Of a stretch of 64,000 nt of DNA, positions 1-12,200 are shown one piece after another (the stretch's first letter is position 1; the number at the start of each line of letters is the position of its first letter). The translations under genes and the position numbers were made by a program. This stretch comes from the human T2T-CHM13v2.0 reference genome, Homo sapiens. The stretch is from assembly GCF_009914755.1 (NCBI RefSeq), contig NC_060930.1; one strand, written 5' to 3'. The notes beneath the pieces were generated by a model that was not told where the DNA came from, made no database searches, and was given only the letters and a program-made list of their open reading frames with translations.

Positions 1-792
1 TCTGGTACATATTAAAAAGACTAGTGAAAACACTTGGAAACAAAAGCCTTTCTCTCTTGGCTTCTTGGTAAGAACAGGCACATCAGACATAGATGGAGCT
101 GTAGAATTGTTTATGTTGCAGCTCATGATTCTGCCACATGGAAATGGGAGGAAAGCCCCAGAATACCCATTGTGCAGGTATCCGGTCTTTAAACATTGGC
201 TTTATGTTAAAGAGATGCCTGTTTCTGAGCACTTGAAACGCACAACAGATGACAAGGAAGCCGTAAGAGAATCTGTCTCTCAATGTGGAGATTAGCAAAT
301 TACAGAGTCAACAGTAAATAGACAAGCGCCTTTGAGTGTGTCTGCGTCTTAGTTACTCATGGCTGCTAATGCTGGTGGAGACTAGACACAAGTTTAAAGT
401 TAGTAACAGCAAAATACCCAACCTGAGGTTCCAAAGTAGTTTGTACTATAAAGTAGACTAGTCCCAAACCAATGGCCTCAGTAATATTTTACTCAGAATT
501 TGATCTCTGAGAAATTGGAAAGTCAACTGATTTTTCTTAGCCCTTGTTTTAGAACTATCTATAATTTTTGGATGGACCAAGATTGATTAAATGAAACTGT
601 GATTTTAAAAATAAGGAAGTCTTAGCAAACTAACTGACATCATTCTTGACTCGAACATGTTGGGAAATGTGTCAGATCATGTTGCGTGAAAAGTGTGAGC
701 TCTTCATCACAGGCCTGCATTTCAGTGAATGGTTCTACAATTCTTGCCATAATCCACATTCTAAAACTTTGTTCTATGAGCTAATGATGTAA

Positions 793-1773
<981 letters not shown>

Positions 1774-2348
1774 TGAAGTGGTTGACTTCCTAACACAGCG
1801 GCTGCTGTCCAGAAGGGGTTTTGTTCCTGACCTTTAAGAAAAAAAGCCCATGTAGGCAGTCAGGCAGAACTGTCAGGACCTACCGTGCTTTTCTACCAGC
1901 TTGTGCAGGGGACAGTCACGGTGGCCCTGCCAGCCGCCCATGGAGGCAAAAGGCACTGCGTGATTACAGCAGCTCCTAATATCACATTCCAAAAACCAGA
2001 GTGCCCTGTAGACAGAGCTCATGGGATGTGCTTTTACTAGACCATTCAGGTCTGGCATATCTAAGAGAGTCTAAGTTTAAACTAGACTTATTTTGCAACT
2101 TAGATATAACAGAACAATCTTAAAATCTGAAGAGTAGTAACTGGAGAGAAGGAAGTCTCTGTTGACACTGTAAGGAAACAGATGTGGTTTGGAAATCTCT
2201 CATTGGAAAGAAGGGTGATCAGGTAATGCCTGCTCCTTGCCTGTTCCTGTGAGCAATCAGTGCTTCAAGTTCAAAATGAGAGATTGGTAAAGCCAAAGAT
2301 GTTTCCATAATAGGGATGTTATTTCTTTTGCTGAATTTATAGACTTAA

Positions 2349-2795
<447 letters not shown>

Positions 2796-3414
2796 TAATT
2801 CAGAACCTGAAGGGGAATGTCCATGTCACTGTGGCTCCCCAGGTCCGAAATGCTACCTCCAATTTTCATGCTCCAAGTATGCTTTCAAATTTATTTTAAA
2901 AACAAAGAAACACAGCCATTGCATAAAACTTCTTCAAGCCTCCAAAAAGCCAGATGGTGATCAGAGGCTTCTTTGATTTGTAAGAGAAGCACAGACATCT
3001 AAAAAGCAGCCCTTCTTAAATAATCCTTTATCATAAGGAGCGAACAGACAGAGCTTCCCAGGGGCCTCCACCTAATGGCGCGTCAGAAAAGCCAGCTTTG
3101 ACAGATAGGTGTGTCGCCTGTTGCTCACAGAATGGTAGGGAAGCTATGTAAGAACAGTGGTTTTTGGTCCCAACAGAAGAGAGCCAGGGAAAGTTTGCAG
3201 GCCAACTTAGGCTTGGCGGTTTTCCTCAGCCTCCCTGGGGGCCAAGTCAGCTTTCCTTGAGACTGGAAAGAAACATCCTTCGAGAGCTCTGGCTCATAGA
3301 CTGCAATGCTCTCCTGTTCCCTTGCTCAGGCAGGTAAAGCTCTTTGTAGACTCCACACTCTCCAATGAGATTTCATTGTGCTCTCCCTAAGAAATGTGAG
3401 CAATAGTTTCCTGA

Positions 3415-3732
<318 letters not shown>

Positions 3733-3789
3733 CCGGAAACAGGTGGGTCACCTCCTGCAAGAAGTGGGGCCTCGAGCTGTCAGTCATCA

Positions 3790-3797
3790 TGGTGCTA
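3790..3797 (+). promoter_or_regulatory. miR-29 8mer seed match TGGTGCTA
   Basis: Exact 8mer in the 3' UTR. A20 is a reported miR-29 target. Confidence 0.7.
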
Positions 3798-4228
3798 TCC
3801 TCTGAACCCCTCAGCTGCCACTGCAACAGTGGGCTTAAGGGTGTCTGAGCAGGAGAGGAAAGATAAGCTCTTCGTGGTGCCCACGATGCTCAGGTTTGGT
3901 AACCCGGGAGTGTTCCCAGGTGGCCTTAGAAAGCAAAGCTTGTAACTGGCAAGGGATGATGTCAGATTCAGCCCAAGGTTCCTCCTCTCCTACCAAGCAG
4001 GAGGCCAGGAACTTCTTTGGACTTGGAAGGTGTGCGGGGACTGGCCGAGGCCCCTGCACCCTGCGCATCAGGACTGCTTCATCGTCTTGGCTGAGAAAGG
4101 GAAAAGACACACAAGTCGCGTGGGTTGGAGAAGCCAGAGCCATTCCACCTCCCCTCCCCCAGCATCTCTCAGAGATGTGAAGCCAGATCCTCATGGCAGC
4201 GAGGCCCTCTGCAAGAAGCTCAAGGAAG

Positions 4229-4236
4229 CTCAGGGA
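4229..4236 (+). promoter_or_regulatory. miR-125a/b 8mer seed match CTCAGGGA
   Basis: Exact 8mer. A20 is a reported miR-125 target. Confidence 0.75.
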
Positions 4237-4512
4237 AAATGGACGTATTCAGAGAGTGTTTGTAGTTCATGGTTTTTCCCTACCTGCCCGGTTCCTTTCC
4301 TGAGGACCCGGCAGAAATGCAGAACCATCCATGGACTGTGATTCTGAGGCTGCTGAGACTGAACATGTTCACATTGACAGAAAAACAAGCTGCTCTTTAT
4401 AATATGCACCTTTTAAAAAATTAGAATATTTTACTGGGAAGACGTGTAACTCTTTGGGTTATTACTGTCTTTACTTCTAAAGAAGTTAGCTTGAACTGAG
4501 GAGTAAAAGTGT

Positions 4513-4549
4513 GTACATATATAATATACCCTTACATTATGTATGAGGG
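4513..4549 (+). promoter_or_regulatory. AU-rich element plus stem-loop, probable Roquin (RC3H1) binding element
   Basis: GTACATATATAATATA followed by CCCTTACATTATGTATGAGGG (outer CCCT/AGGG stem, inner TACA/TGTA stem). Fits the composite ARE-stem-loop described for A20 mRNA (recalled). Confidence 0.7.
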
Positions 4550-4720
4550 ATTTTTTTAAATTATATTGAAATGCTGCCCTAGAAGTACAATAGGAAGGCT
4601 AAATAATAATAACCTGTTTTCTGGTTGTTGTTGGGGCATGAGCTTGTGTATACACTGCTTGCATAAACTCAACCAGCTGCCTTTTTAAAGGGAGCTCTAG
4701 TCCTTTTTGTGTAATTCACT

Positions 4721-4729
4721 TTATTTATT
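4721..4729 (+). promoter_or_regulatory. ARE nonamer TTATTTATT
   Basis: Canonical TTP/ZFP36-type nonamer. Further ATTTA pentamers occur near 4750, 5574 and 5715. Confidence 0.7.
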
Positions 4730-5020
4730 TTATTACAAACTTCAAGATTATTTAAGTGAAGATATTTCTTCAGCTCTGGGGAAAATGCCACAGTGTTCTC
4801 CTGAGAGAACATCCTTGCTTTGAGTCAGGCTGTGGGCAAGTTCCTGACCACAGGGAGTAAATTGGCCTCTTTGATACACTTTTGCTTGCCTCCCCAGGAA
4901 AGAAGGAATTGCATCCAAGGTATACATACATATTCATCGATGTTTCGTGCTTCTCCTTATGAAACTCCAGCTATGTAATAAAAAACTATACTCTGTGTTC
5001 TGTTAATGCCTCTGAGTGTC

Positions 5021-5027
5021 CTACCTC
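5021..5027 (+). promoter_or_regulatory. let-7 7mer-m8 seed match CTACCTC
   Basis: Exact seed complement in the 3' UTR. Confidence 0.55.
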
Positions 5028-5554
5028 CTTGGAGATGAGATAGGGAAGGAGCAGGGATGAGACTGGCAATGGTCACAGGGAAAGATGTGGCCTTTTGTGA
5101 TGGTTTTATTTTCTGTTAACACTGTGTCCTGGGGGGGCTGGGAAGTCCCCTGCATCCCATGGTACCCTGGTATTGGGACAGCAAAAGCCAGTAACCATGA
5201 GTATGAGGAAATCTCTTTCTGTTGCTGGCTTACAGTTTCTCTGTGTGCTTTGTGGTTGCTGTCATATTTGCTCTAGAAGAAAAAAAAAAAAGGAGGGGAA
5301 ATGCATTTTCCCCAGAGATAAAGGCTGCCATTTTGGGGGTCTGTACTTATGGCCTGAAAATATTTGTGATCCATAACTCTACACAGCCTTTACTCATACT
5401 ATTAGGCACACTTTCCCCTTAGAGCCCCCTAAGTTTTTCCCAGACGAATCTTTATAATTTCTTTCCAAAGATACCAAATAAACTTCAGTGTTTTCATCTA
5501 ATTCTCTTAAAGTTGATATCTTAATATTTTGTGTTGATCATTATTTCCATTCTT

Positions 5555-5611
5555 AATGTGAAAAAAAGTAATTATTTATACTTATTATAAAAAGTATTTG
5601 AAATTTGCACA
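5555..5611 (+). promoter_or_regulatory. Distal UTR cluster: miR-23 8mer (AATGTGAA 5555-5562), ARE and hairpin, miR-19 8mer (TTTGCACA 5604-5611)
   Basis: Exact seed matches flanking TTATTTAT and the ATACTT/AAGTAT stem. Confidence 0.6.
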
Positions 5612-5670
5612 TTTAATTGTCCCTAATAGAAAGCCACCTATTCTTTGTTGGATTTCTTCAAGTTTTTCTA

Positions 5671-5712
5671 AATAAATGTAACTTTTCACAAGAGTCAACA
5701 TTAAAAAATAAA
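5671..5712 (+). terminator. Distal polyadenylation signals AATAAA (5671-5676, 5707-5712; ATTAAA 5700-5705)
   Basis: Canonical hexamers with a downstream GU/U-rich element. A proximal AATAAA is also present at 5477-5482. Confidence 0.85.
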
Positions 5713-6229
5713 TTATTTAAGAACAGATTGTGATGTTTTCAATTGATGAATGCTGAAAGAAAAAGAAAGGCTTGGATATTAAGACTGTGCTTCCTAAGCA
5801 GCTTTATTTTGAGGTGCACCTGAGCAATGCACACATCTCTCATCCATGGTAGCAAGGCAGCTTTTCATAAATAATAACTGTATGAGGTCCAGGCCCAGTC
5901 CTCAAGCACAAGCCCCCGCTTGACAATGAAGACACTCTTCCTCTGATGGGAAGAGGAAAGGGATGCTAGGACCCTGTGGCCCTTTTAAGCTTCCTGCCCT
6001 AAACTTTTATAAAGTGAAGAAAGAGAAAACAAGAGGGAGGAGGAGGGAAAGACAGGAAAGAGAGAAGTAGGCAGGCAGGAAGGAAGACTGATGTAAGATC
6101 TCCTGGGTCAGACAAAGCAGAGGAGGCAGCGTGGCTGTGCTGGCTGCCAGAACCAGGAAATTAAAAAATAACACATTCCTCCATGCGCAAGCCTTCATCC
6201 CCACCTCCCATCCAGTACAAATGGACTCA

Positions 6230-6328
6230 CAGACGACTGATTCAGCAGGACTGCGCAGCTCCCAGAATCTACTTTTTTAAGCTCCTCGGGTGATCTGGAT
6301 GATCAGCCAGATTTTAGAATCACACTTT
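6230..6328. mobile_element. MER5-type hAT DNA transposon fragment
   Basis: ctgattcag...cccagaatctacttttttaagctcctcgggtgatctggatgatcagccagattttagaatcac resembles the MER5A end. Confidence 0.55.
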
Positions 6329-6339
6329 AAAAAATATAT

Positions 6340-6720
6340 TTATAATTTTTTTTTAACTTTTTAAAAGTAGAAAACTTTAATAAGAAAGTGACAAGTACTA
6401 TAAAGAGCCACTCTATAGCCATCCTCCAGTTTCAATAATTACCAACGTTCTGCCCAATTTGTTTCATCTATCACATCCTCTTTTTTGTTTTTCCTGGACT
6501 ACTTGAAAGCAAATCCCAGATATTGTGTCTTCATACCCATAAATATTTCAGTGTGCACCTCTAATTGAATAGAATATGTCCTTTTAACATAACCACCATT
6601 ATCAGAGCCAGCTAAATTATTTTATTCTTTAATATCCAAATTCCAAGTATGTATTCTAATTTCTCAGTTTATCCACCATACAAGACAAAGTCTTATTGCT
6701 TTCGTTTAGTAAGGATCTTT
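6340..6720 (-). mobile_element. Old L1 (L1MC4/5-like) 3' fragment; appears to continue at ~14590-14720
   Basis: ttgaaagcaaatcccagatattgtgtc...aaatatttcagtgtgcacctctaa and later cccacattctggattgg...gtggtgtcatttaacttgttc are L1MC 3' UTR-like. Confidence 0.5.
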
Positions 6721-6739
6721 TCTTTTTTTTTTAATGTTT

Positions 6740-7010
6740 AGCAATATTTATTAGGACGTATACCTACCTTATGATCCAAAAATTCCAATCCTAGGTATAC
6801 ACTCAATGGTATACACTCTACTCCTAGCTATACACCCATAAAACAGAAATGCATGCATATGTTCACCAAAATATGGTACTAAAATGTTCATCTCAGCAGT
6901 ATTCATAATAGCTCCAAACTACAAACGATCCAAATGTTCATTAACAGGAGAAAAGAGAAATATATTGTGGTATATTCATATAATGGATTATCATATAGCA
7001 GTAAGAGTGA
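6740..7010 (+). mobile_element. Old L1M 3' fragment
   Basis: atgatccaaaaattccaatcctaggtat...gcagtattcataatagctccaaactacaaacgatccaaatgttc...tgtggtatattcat is typical of the L1M ORF2 end. Confidence 0.6.
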
Positions 7011-7804
7011 ATAGGCACCTGTAGTTCCAGCTACTCAGGAGGCTGAGGTGGGAGAACTGCTTAAGGCTACAGTGAGTTATAAGGCTCTATTTATTTATTT
7101 ATTTATTTTTGAGACAGAGTCTTTTTTAAATTTTTTTTTATTATACTTTAAGTTCTGGGATACATGTGTAGAACGTTCAGGTTTGTTACATAGGTATACA
7201 TGTGCCATAGTGGTTTGCTGCACCCATCAACCCATCATCTACATTAGGTATTTCTACTAATGCTGTGCCTCTCCTAGCCCCCCTACCCCGTGACAGGCCC
7301 CAGTGTGTGATGTTCCCTTCCCTGTGTCCATGTGTTCTCATTGTTCAACTCCCACTTATAAGTGAGAACATGCAGTGTCTGGTTTTCTGTTCCTGTGTTA
7401 GTTTGCTGAGAATGATGGTTTCCAGCTTCATCCATGGCTTTGCAAAGGACATGAACTCATCCTTTTTTATGGCTGCATAGTATTCCATGGTGTATATGTG
7501 CCACATTTTCTTTATCCAGTCTATCATTGATGGGCATTTGGTTGGTTCCAAGTCTTTGCTATTGTGAATAGTGCCCCAATAAACATACATCATACATGTG
7601 CATGTGTCTTTATAGTAGCATGATTTATAATCCTTTGGGTATATACCCAGTAATGGGATTACTGGGTCAAGTCGTATTTCTGGTTCTAGATCCTTGAGGA
7701 ATTGCCACACTGTCTTCTACAATGATTGAACTAATTTACACTCTCACCAACAGTGTAAAAGCATTCCTATTTCTCCACATGCTCTCCAGCTTGTGATGTT
7801 TCCT

Positions 7805-8104
7805 TTTTTTTTTTTTTTTTTTAGATGGAGTCTCACTCTGCTGTCACCCAGGCTGGAGTGCAGTGGTGTGATCTCAGCTCACTGCAACCTCCATCTCCCG
7901 GGGTCCAAGCGATTCTCCTGCTTCAGCCTCCTGAGTAGCTGGCACTACAGGCACCCGCCACCATGCCTAGCTAATTTTTATATTTTTAGTAGAGACGGGG
8001 TTTCACCATATTGGCCAGGCTGCTTTCGAACTCCTGACTTTATGATCCACCTGCCTGGACCTCCCAAAGTGCTGGGATTACAGGCATGAACCACCATGCC
8101 CGGC
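7805..8104 (-). mobile_element. AluS inserted in L1 ORF2 3' region
   Basis: Full Alu with T-tail. Short TSD TTTCCT at 7799-7804 and 8106-8111. Confidence 0.95.
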
Positions 8105-8952
8105 ATTTCCTGACTTTTTAATGATCGCCATTGTAACTGGCATGAGATGGTATCTCATTGTGGTTTTGATTTGCGTTTCTCTAGTGACCAGTGATGATGA
8201 ACTTTTTCTCATATGTTTTTTGGCCGCATAAATGTCTTCTTTTGAGAAATGTCTGTTCATATCCTTCACCCACTTTTTGATGTTTTTTTTTTTTCTTGTA
8301 AATTAGTTTAAGTTCTTCGTAGATTCTGGATATTAGCCCATTGTCAGATGAGTAGATTGCAAAAATTTTCTCCCATTCTGTAGGTTGCCTGTTCACTCTG
8401 ATGATAGTTTCTTTTGCTGTGCAGAAGCTCTTTAGTTTAATTAGATTCCATATGTCAATTTTGGCTTTTGTTGCCATTGCTTTTGGTGTTTTAATCATGA
8501 AGTCTTTGCCCATGCCTATGTCCTCAATGGTATTGCCTACGTTTTCTTCTAGGGTTTTTATGGTTTTAGGTCTTACAGTTAAGTCTTTAATCCATCTTGA
8601 GTTAATTTTTGTATAAGGTGTAAGGAAGGGGTTCACTTTCAGTTTTCTGCATATGGCTAGCCAGTTTTCCCAGCACCATTTATTAAATAGGGAATCCTTT
8701 CCCCATTTCTTGTTTTTGTCAGGTTTGTCAAAGATCACATGGTTGTAGATGTGTGGTGTTATTTCTGAGGCCTCTATTCTGTTCCGTTGGTCTATATATC
8801 TGTTTTGGTACCAGTGCCATGCTGTTTTGGTTACTGTAGCCTTGTAGTATAGTTTGAAGTCAGGTAGCATGATGCCTCCAGCTTTGCTCTTTTTGCTTAG
8901 GATTATCTTGGCTATATGCGTTCTTTTTTGGTTCCATATGAAATTTAAAGTA

Positions 8953-9295
8953 GAACCACCATGCTCAGAATTTCCTGACTTTTTAATGATCGCCATTGTA
9001 ACTGCCATAAGATGGTATCTCATTGTGGTTTTGATTTGCATTTCTCTAGTGACCAATGATGATGAGTTTTTTCTCATATGTTTGTTGACTGCATAAATGT
9101 CTTCCTTTGAGAAATGTCTGTTCATATCCTTCACCCAATTTTTGATGGGGTTTTTTTTTCTTGTAAATTTGTTTAAGTTCTTTGTAGATTCTGGATATTA
9201 GCCCGTTGTCAGATGAGTAGATTGCAAAAATTTTCTCCCATTCTGTAGGTTACCTGTTCACTCTGATGATAGTTTCTTTTGCTGTGCAGAAGCTC
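8953..9295 (+). repeat. Direct duplicate (343 bp) of 8088-8430
   Basis: Same length, about 21 mismatches by manual count. Includes the Alu-L1 junction. Confidence 0.92.
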
Positions 9296-12200
9296 AGAAT
9301 TTTTCTAATTCTGTGAAGTAAGTCAATGGTAGCTTAATAGGGACAGCATTGAATCTATAAATTACTTTGGGCAGTATGGCCATTTTCACAATATTGATTC
9401 TTCCTATCCATGAGCATGAAATGTTTTTCCATTTGTTTGTGTCCTCTCTGATTTCCTTGAGCAGTGGTTTGTAGTTCTCCTTGAAGAGGTCCTTCACATC
9501 CCTTGTAAGTTGTATTCCTAGGTATTTTATTCTTTTTGTAGCAATTGTGAATAGGAGTTCACTTATGATTTGGCTCTCTGTTTGTCTATTATTGGTGTAT
9601 AGGAATGTTTGTGATTTTTGCACATTGATTTTGTATCCTGAGACTTTGCTGAAGTTGCTTATCAGCTTAAGGAGATTTTGGGCTGAGACGATGGGGTTTT
9701 CTAAATATACAATCATGTCATCTGCAAACAGAGACAATTTGACTTCTTCTCTTCCTATTCGAATACTCTTTATTTCTTTCTCTTGCTTGATTGCCCTGGC
9801 CAGAACTTCCAACACCATGTTGAATAGGAGTGGTGAGAGAAGGCATCCGTGTCTTGTGCTCATTTTCAAAGGAAATGCTTCCAGCTTTTGCCCATTCAGT
9901 ATATTAGCTATGGATTTGTTATAAATAGCTCTTATTATTTTGAGATATGTTCCATCAATACCTAGTTTGTTGAGAGTTTTTAGCATGAAGGGGTGTTGAA
10001 TTTTGTTGAAGGCCTTTTCTGCATCTGTTGAGATAATCATGTGGTTTTTGTCATTGGTTCTGTTTATGTGATGGATTACATTTATTGATTTGCATATGTT
10101 GAACCAGCCTTGCATCCTAGGGATGAAGCCAACTTGATCGTGGTGGGTAAGCTTTTTGATGTGCTGCTGGATTCAGTTTGCCAGTATTTTATTGAGGGTT
10201 TTTGCATTGTTGTTCATCAGGGATATTGGCCTGAAATTTTCTTTTTTGGTTATGTCTCTGCCAGCTTTTGGTATCAGGATGATGCTGGCCTTAAAATAAG
10301 TTAGGGAGGAGTCCCCTTTTTCTATTGTTTGGAATAGTTTCAGAAGGAATGGTACCAGCTCCTCTTTGTACCTCTGGTAGAATTCGGTGGTGAATCCTCC
10401 TGGTCCTGGGCTTTTTTTTGGTTGATAGGCTATTAATTACTCCCTCAATTTTAGAACTTGTTATTGGTCTATTCAGGGATTCCACTTCTTCCTGGTTTAG
10501 TCTGGGGTGGGTGTATGTGTCCAAGAATTTATCCATTTCTTCTAGATTTCCTAGTTTATTTGCATAGAGGTGTTTATAGTATTCTCTGATGGTAGTTTGT
10601 ATTTCTGTGGGACCAGTGGTGATATCCCCTTTATCCTGTTTTATTGTGTCTATTTGATTCTTCTCTCTTTTTTTCTTTATTAGTCTGGCTAGCAGTCTAT
10701 CTATTTTGTTAATATTTAAAAAAAAAATAAGCTCCTGGATTTATTGATTTTTTGAAGGGTTTTTCATGTCTCTATCTCCTTCAGTTCTGCTCTGATCTTA
10801 GTTATTTCTTGTCTTCTGCTAGCTTTTGAATTTGTTTGTTCTTGCTTCTCTAGCTCTTTTAATTGTGATGTTAGGGTGTTGATTTTAGATCTTTCCTGCT
10901 TTCTCCTGTGAGCATTTAGTGCTATAAATTTCCCTCTAAACACTGCTTTAGCTGTGTCCCAGAGATTCTGGTACATTGTGTCTTTGTTCTCACTGGTTTC
11001 AAATAACTTATTTATTTCTACCTTAATTTTGTTATTTATCCAGTGGTTATTCAGGTGCAAGTTGTTCCGTTTCCATGTAGTTGTGTGGTTTTGAGTGAGT
11101 TTCTTAATCTTGAGTTCTAATTTGATTGCATTGTTGTCTGAGAGACTGTTTGCTATGATTTCTGTTCTTCTGCATTTGCTGAGGAGTGTTTTACTTCCAA
11201 TTATGTGGTCAATTTTAGAATAACTACAATGTGGTGCTGAGAAGAATGTATAGTCTGTTGATTTGGGGTGGAGAGTTCTGTAGATGTCTGCTAGGTCCAC
11301 TTGGTCCAGAGCTGAGTTCAGGTTTTGAATATACTTGTTAATTTTCTGTCTCATTGTTCTGTCTAATATTGACAGTGGGGTGTTAAAGTCTCCCACTATT
11401 ATTGTGTAGGAGTCTAAGTCTCTTTGTAGGTCTCTAAGAACTTGCTTTATGAATCTGGGTGCTCCTGTATTGGGTACATATATATTTAGGGTAGTAAACT
11501 CTTGTTGCATTAATCCCTTTACCATTATGTAATGCCCTTCTTTGTCTTTTATGATCGTTGTTGGTTTAAAGTCTGTTTTATCAGAGACTAGGATTGCAAC
11601 CCTTGGTTTTTTTTTTGTTTTGTTTTGTTTTTTGTTTTTTTGCTTTCCATTTGCTTGGTAAATCTTCCTCCATCCCTTTATTTTGAGCCTATGTGTGCCT
11701 TTGCACATGCAATGGGCCTCCTGAATACAGCACACTGATGGGTCTTGACTCTTTATCCAATTTGCCGGTTTTTAATTGGAACATTTAGCCTGTTTACATT
11801 TAAGGTTAATATCGTTATGTGTGAATTTGATTCTGTCATTATGATGCCAGCTGGTTATTTTGCCTGTTAGTTGATAGAGTTTCTTCGTAGTGTCGATGGT
11901 CTTCACAATTTGGTATGTTTTTGCAGTGGCTGGTCCTGGTTTTTCCTTTCCATATTTAGTGCTTCCTTCAGGAGCTCTTGTAAGGCAGGCTTGGTGGTGA
12001 CAAAATCTCTCAGTATTTGCCTGTCTGTAAAGGATTTTATTTCTCCTTTGCTTAAGAAGCTTAGTTTGGCTGGATATGAAATTCGGGGTTGAAAATTTTT
12101 TTCTTTAAGAATGTGGAATATTGGCCCCTACTGTCTTCTGGCTTATAGGGTTTCTTCAGAGAGATCCACTGTTAGTCTGATGGGCTTCCTTTTGTGGGCT

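Larger units (their letters stand above)
3733..5725 (+). other. TNFAIP3: TNFAIP3 3' UTR (~2 kb)
   Basis: Follows the stop codon, AU-rich, repeat-free, ends after distal AATAAA signals with a GU/U-rich downstream tract (gattgtgatgtttt). The 3' end is approximate. Confidence 0.9.

Noticed and set aside
3068-3081. CTCF-like CCACCTAATGGCGC in intron 8
   Set aside because: The mismatches hit the conserved central AG, so the match is too weak to call.
3835-4341. 3' UTR ORFs of 94-119 aa
   Set aside because: No homology or coding signature. These are chance ORFs in a GC-moderate UTR.
7345-11735. L1 ORF2 fragments as functional genes or an active L1
   Set aside because: Multiple frameshifts and stops, an Alu insertion and an internal duplication are present, and ORF1 is not open. 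The element is retrotranspositionally dead.
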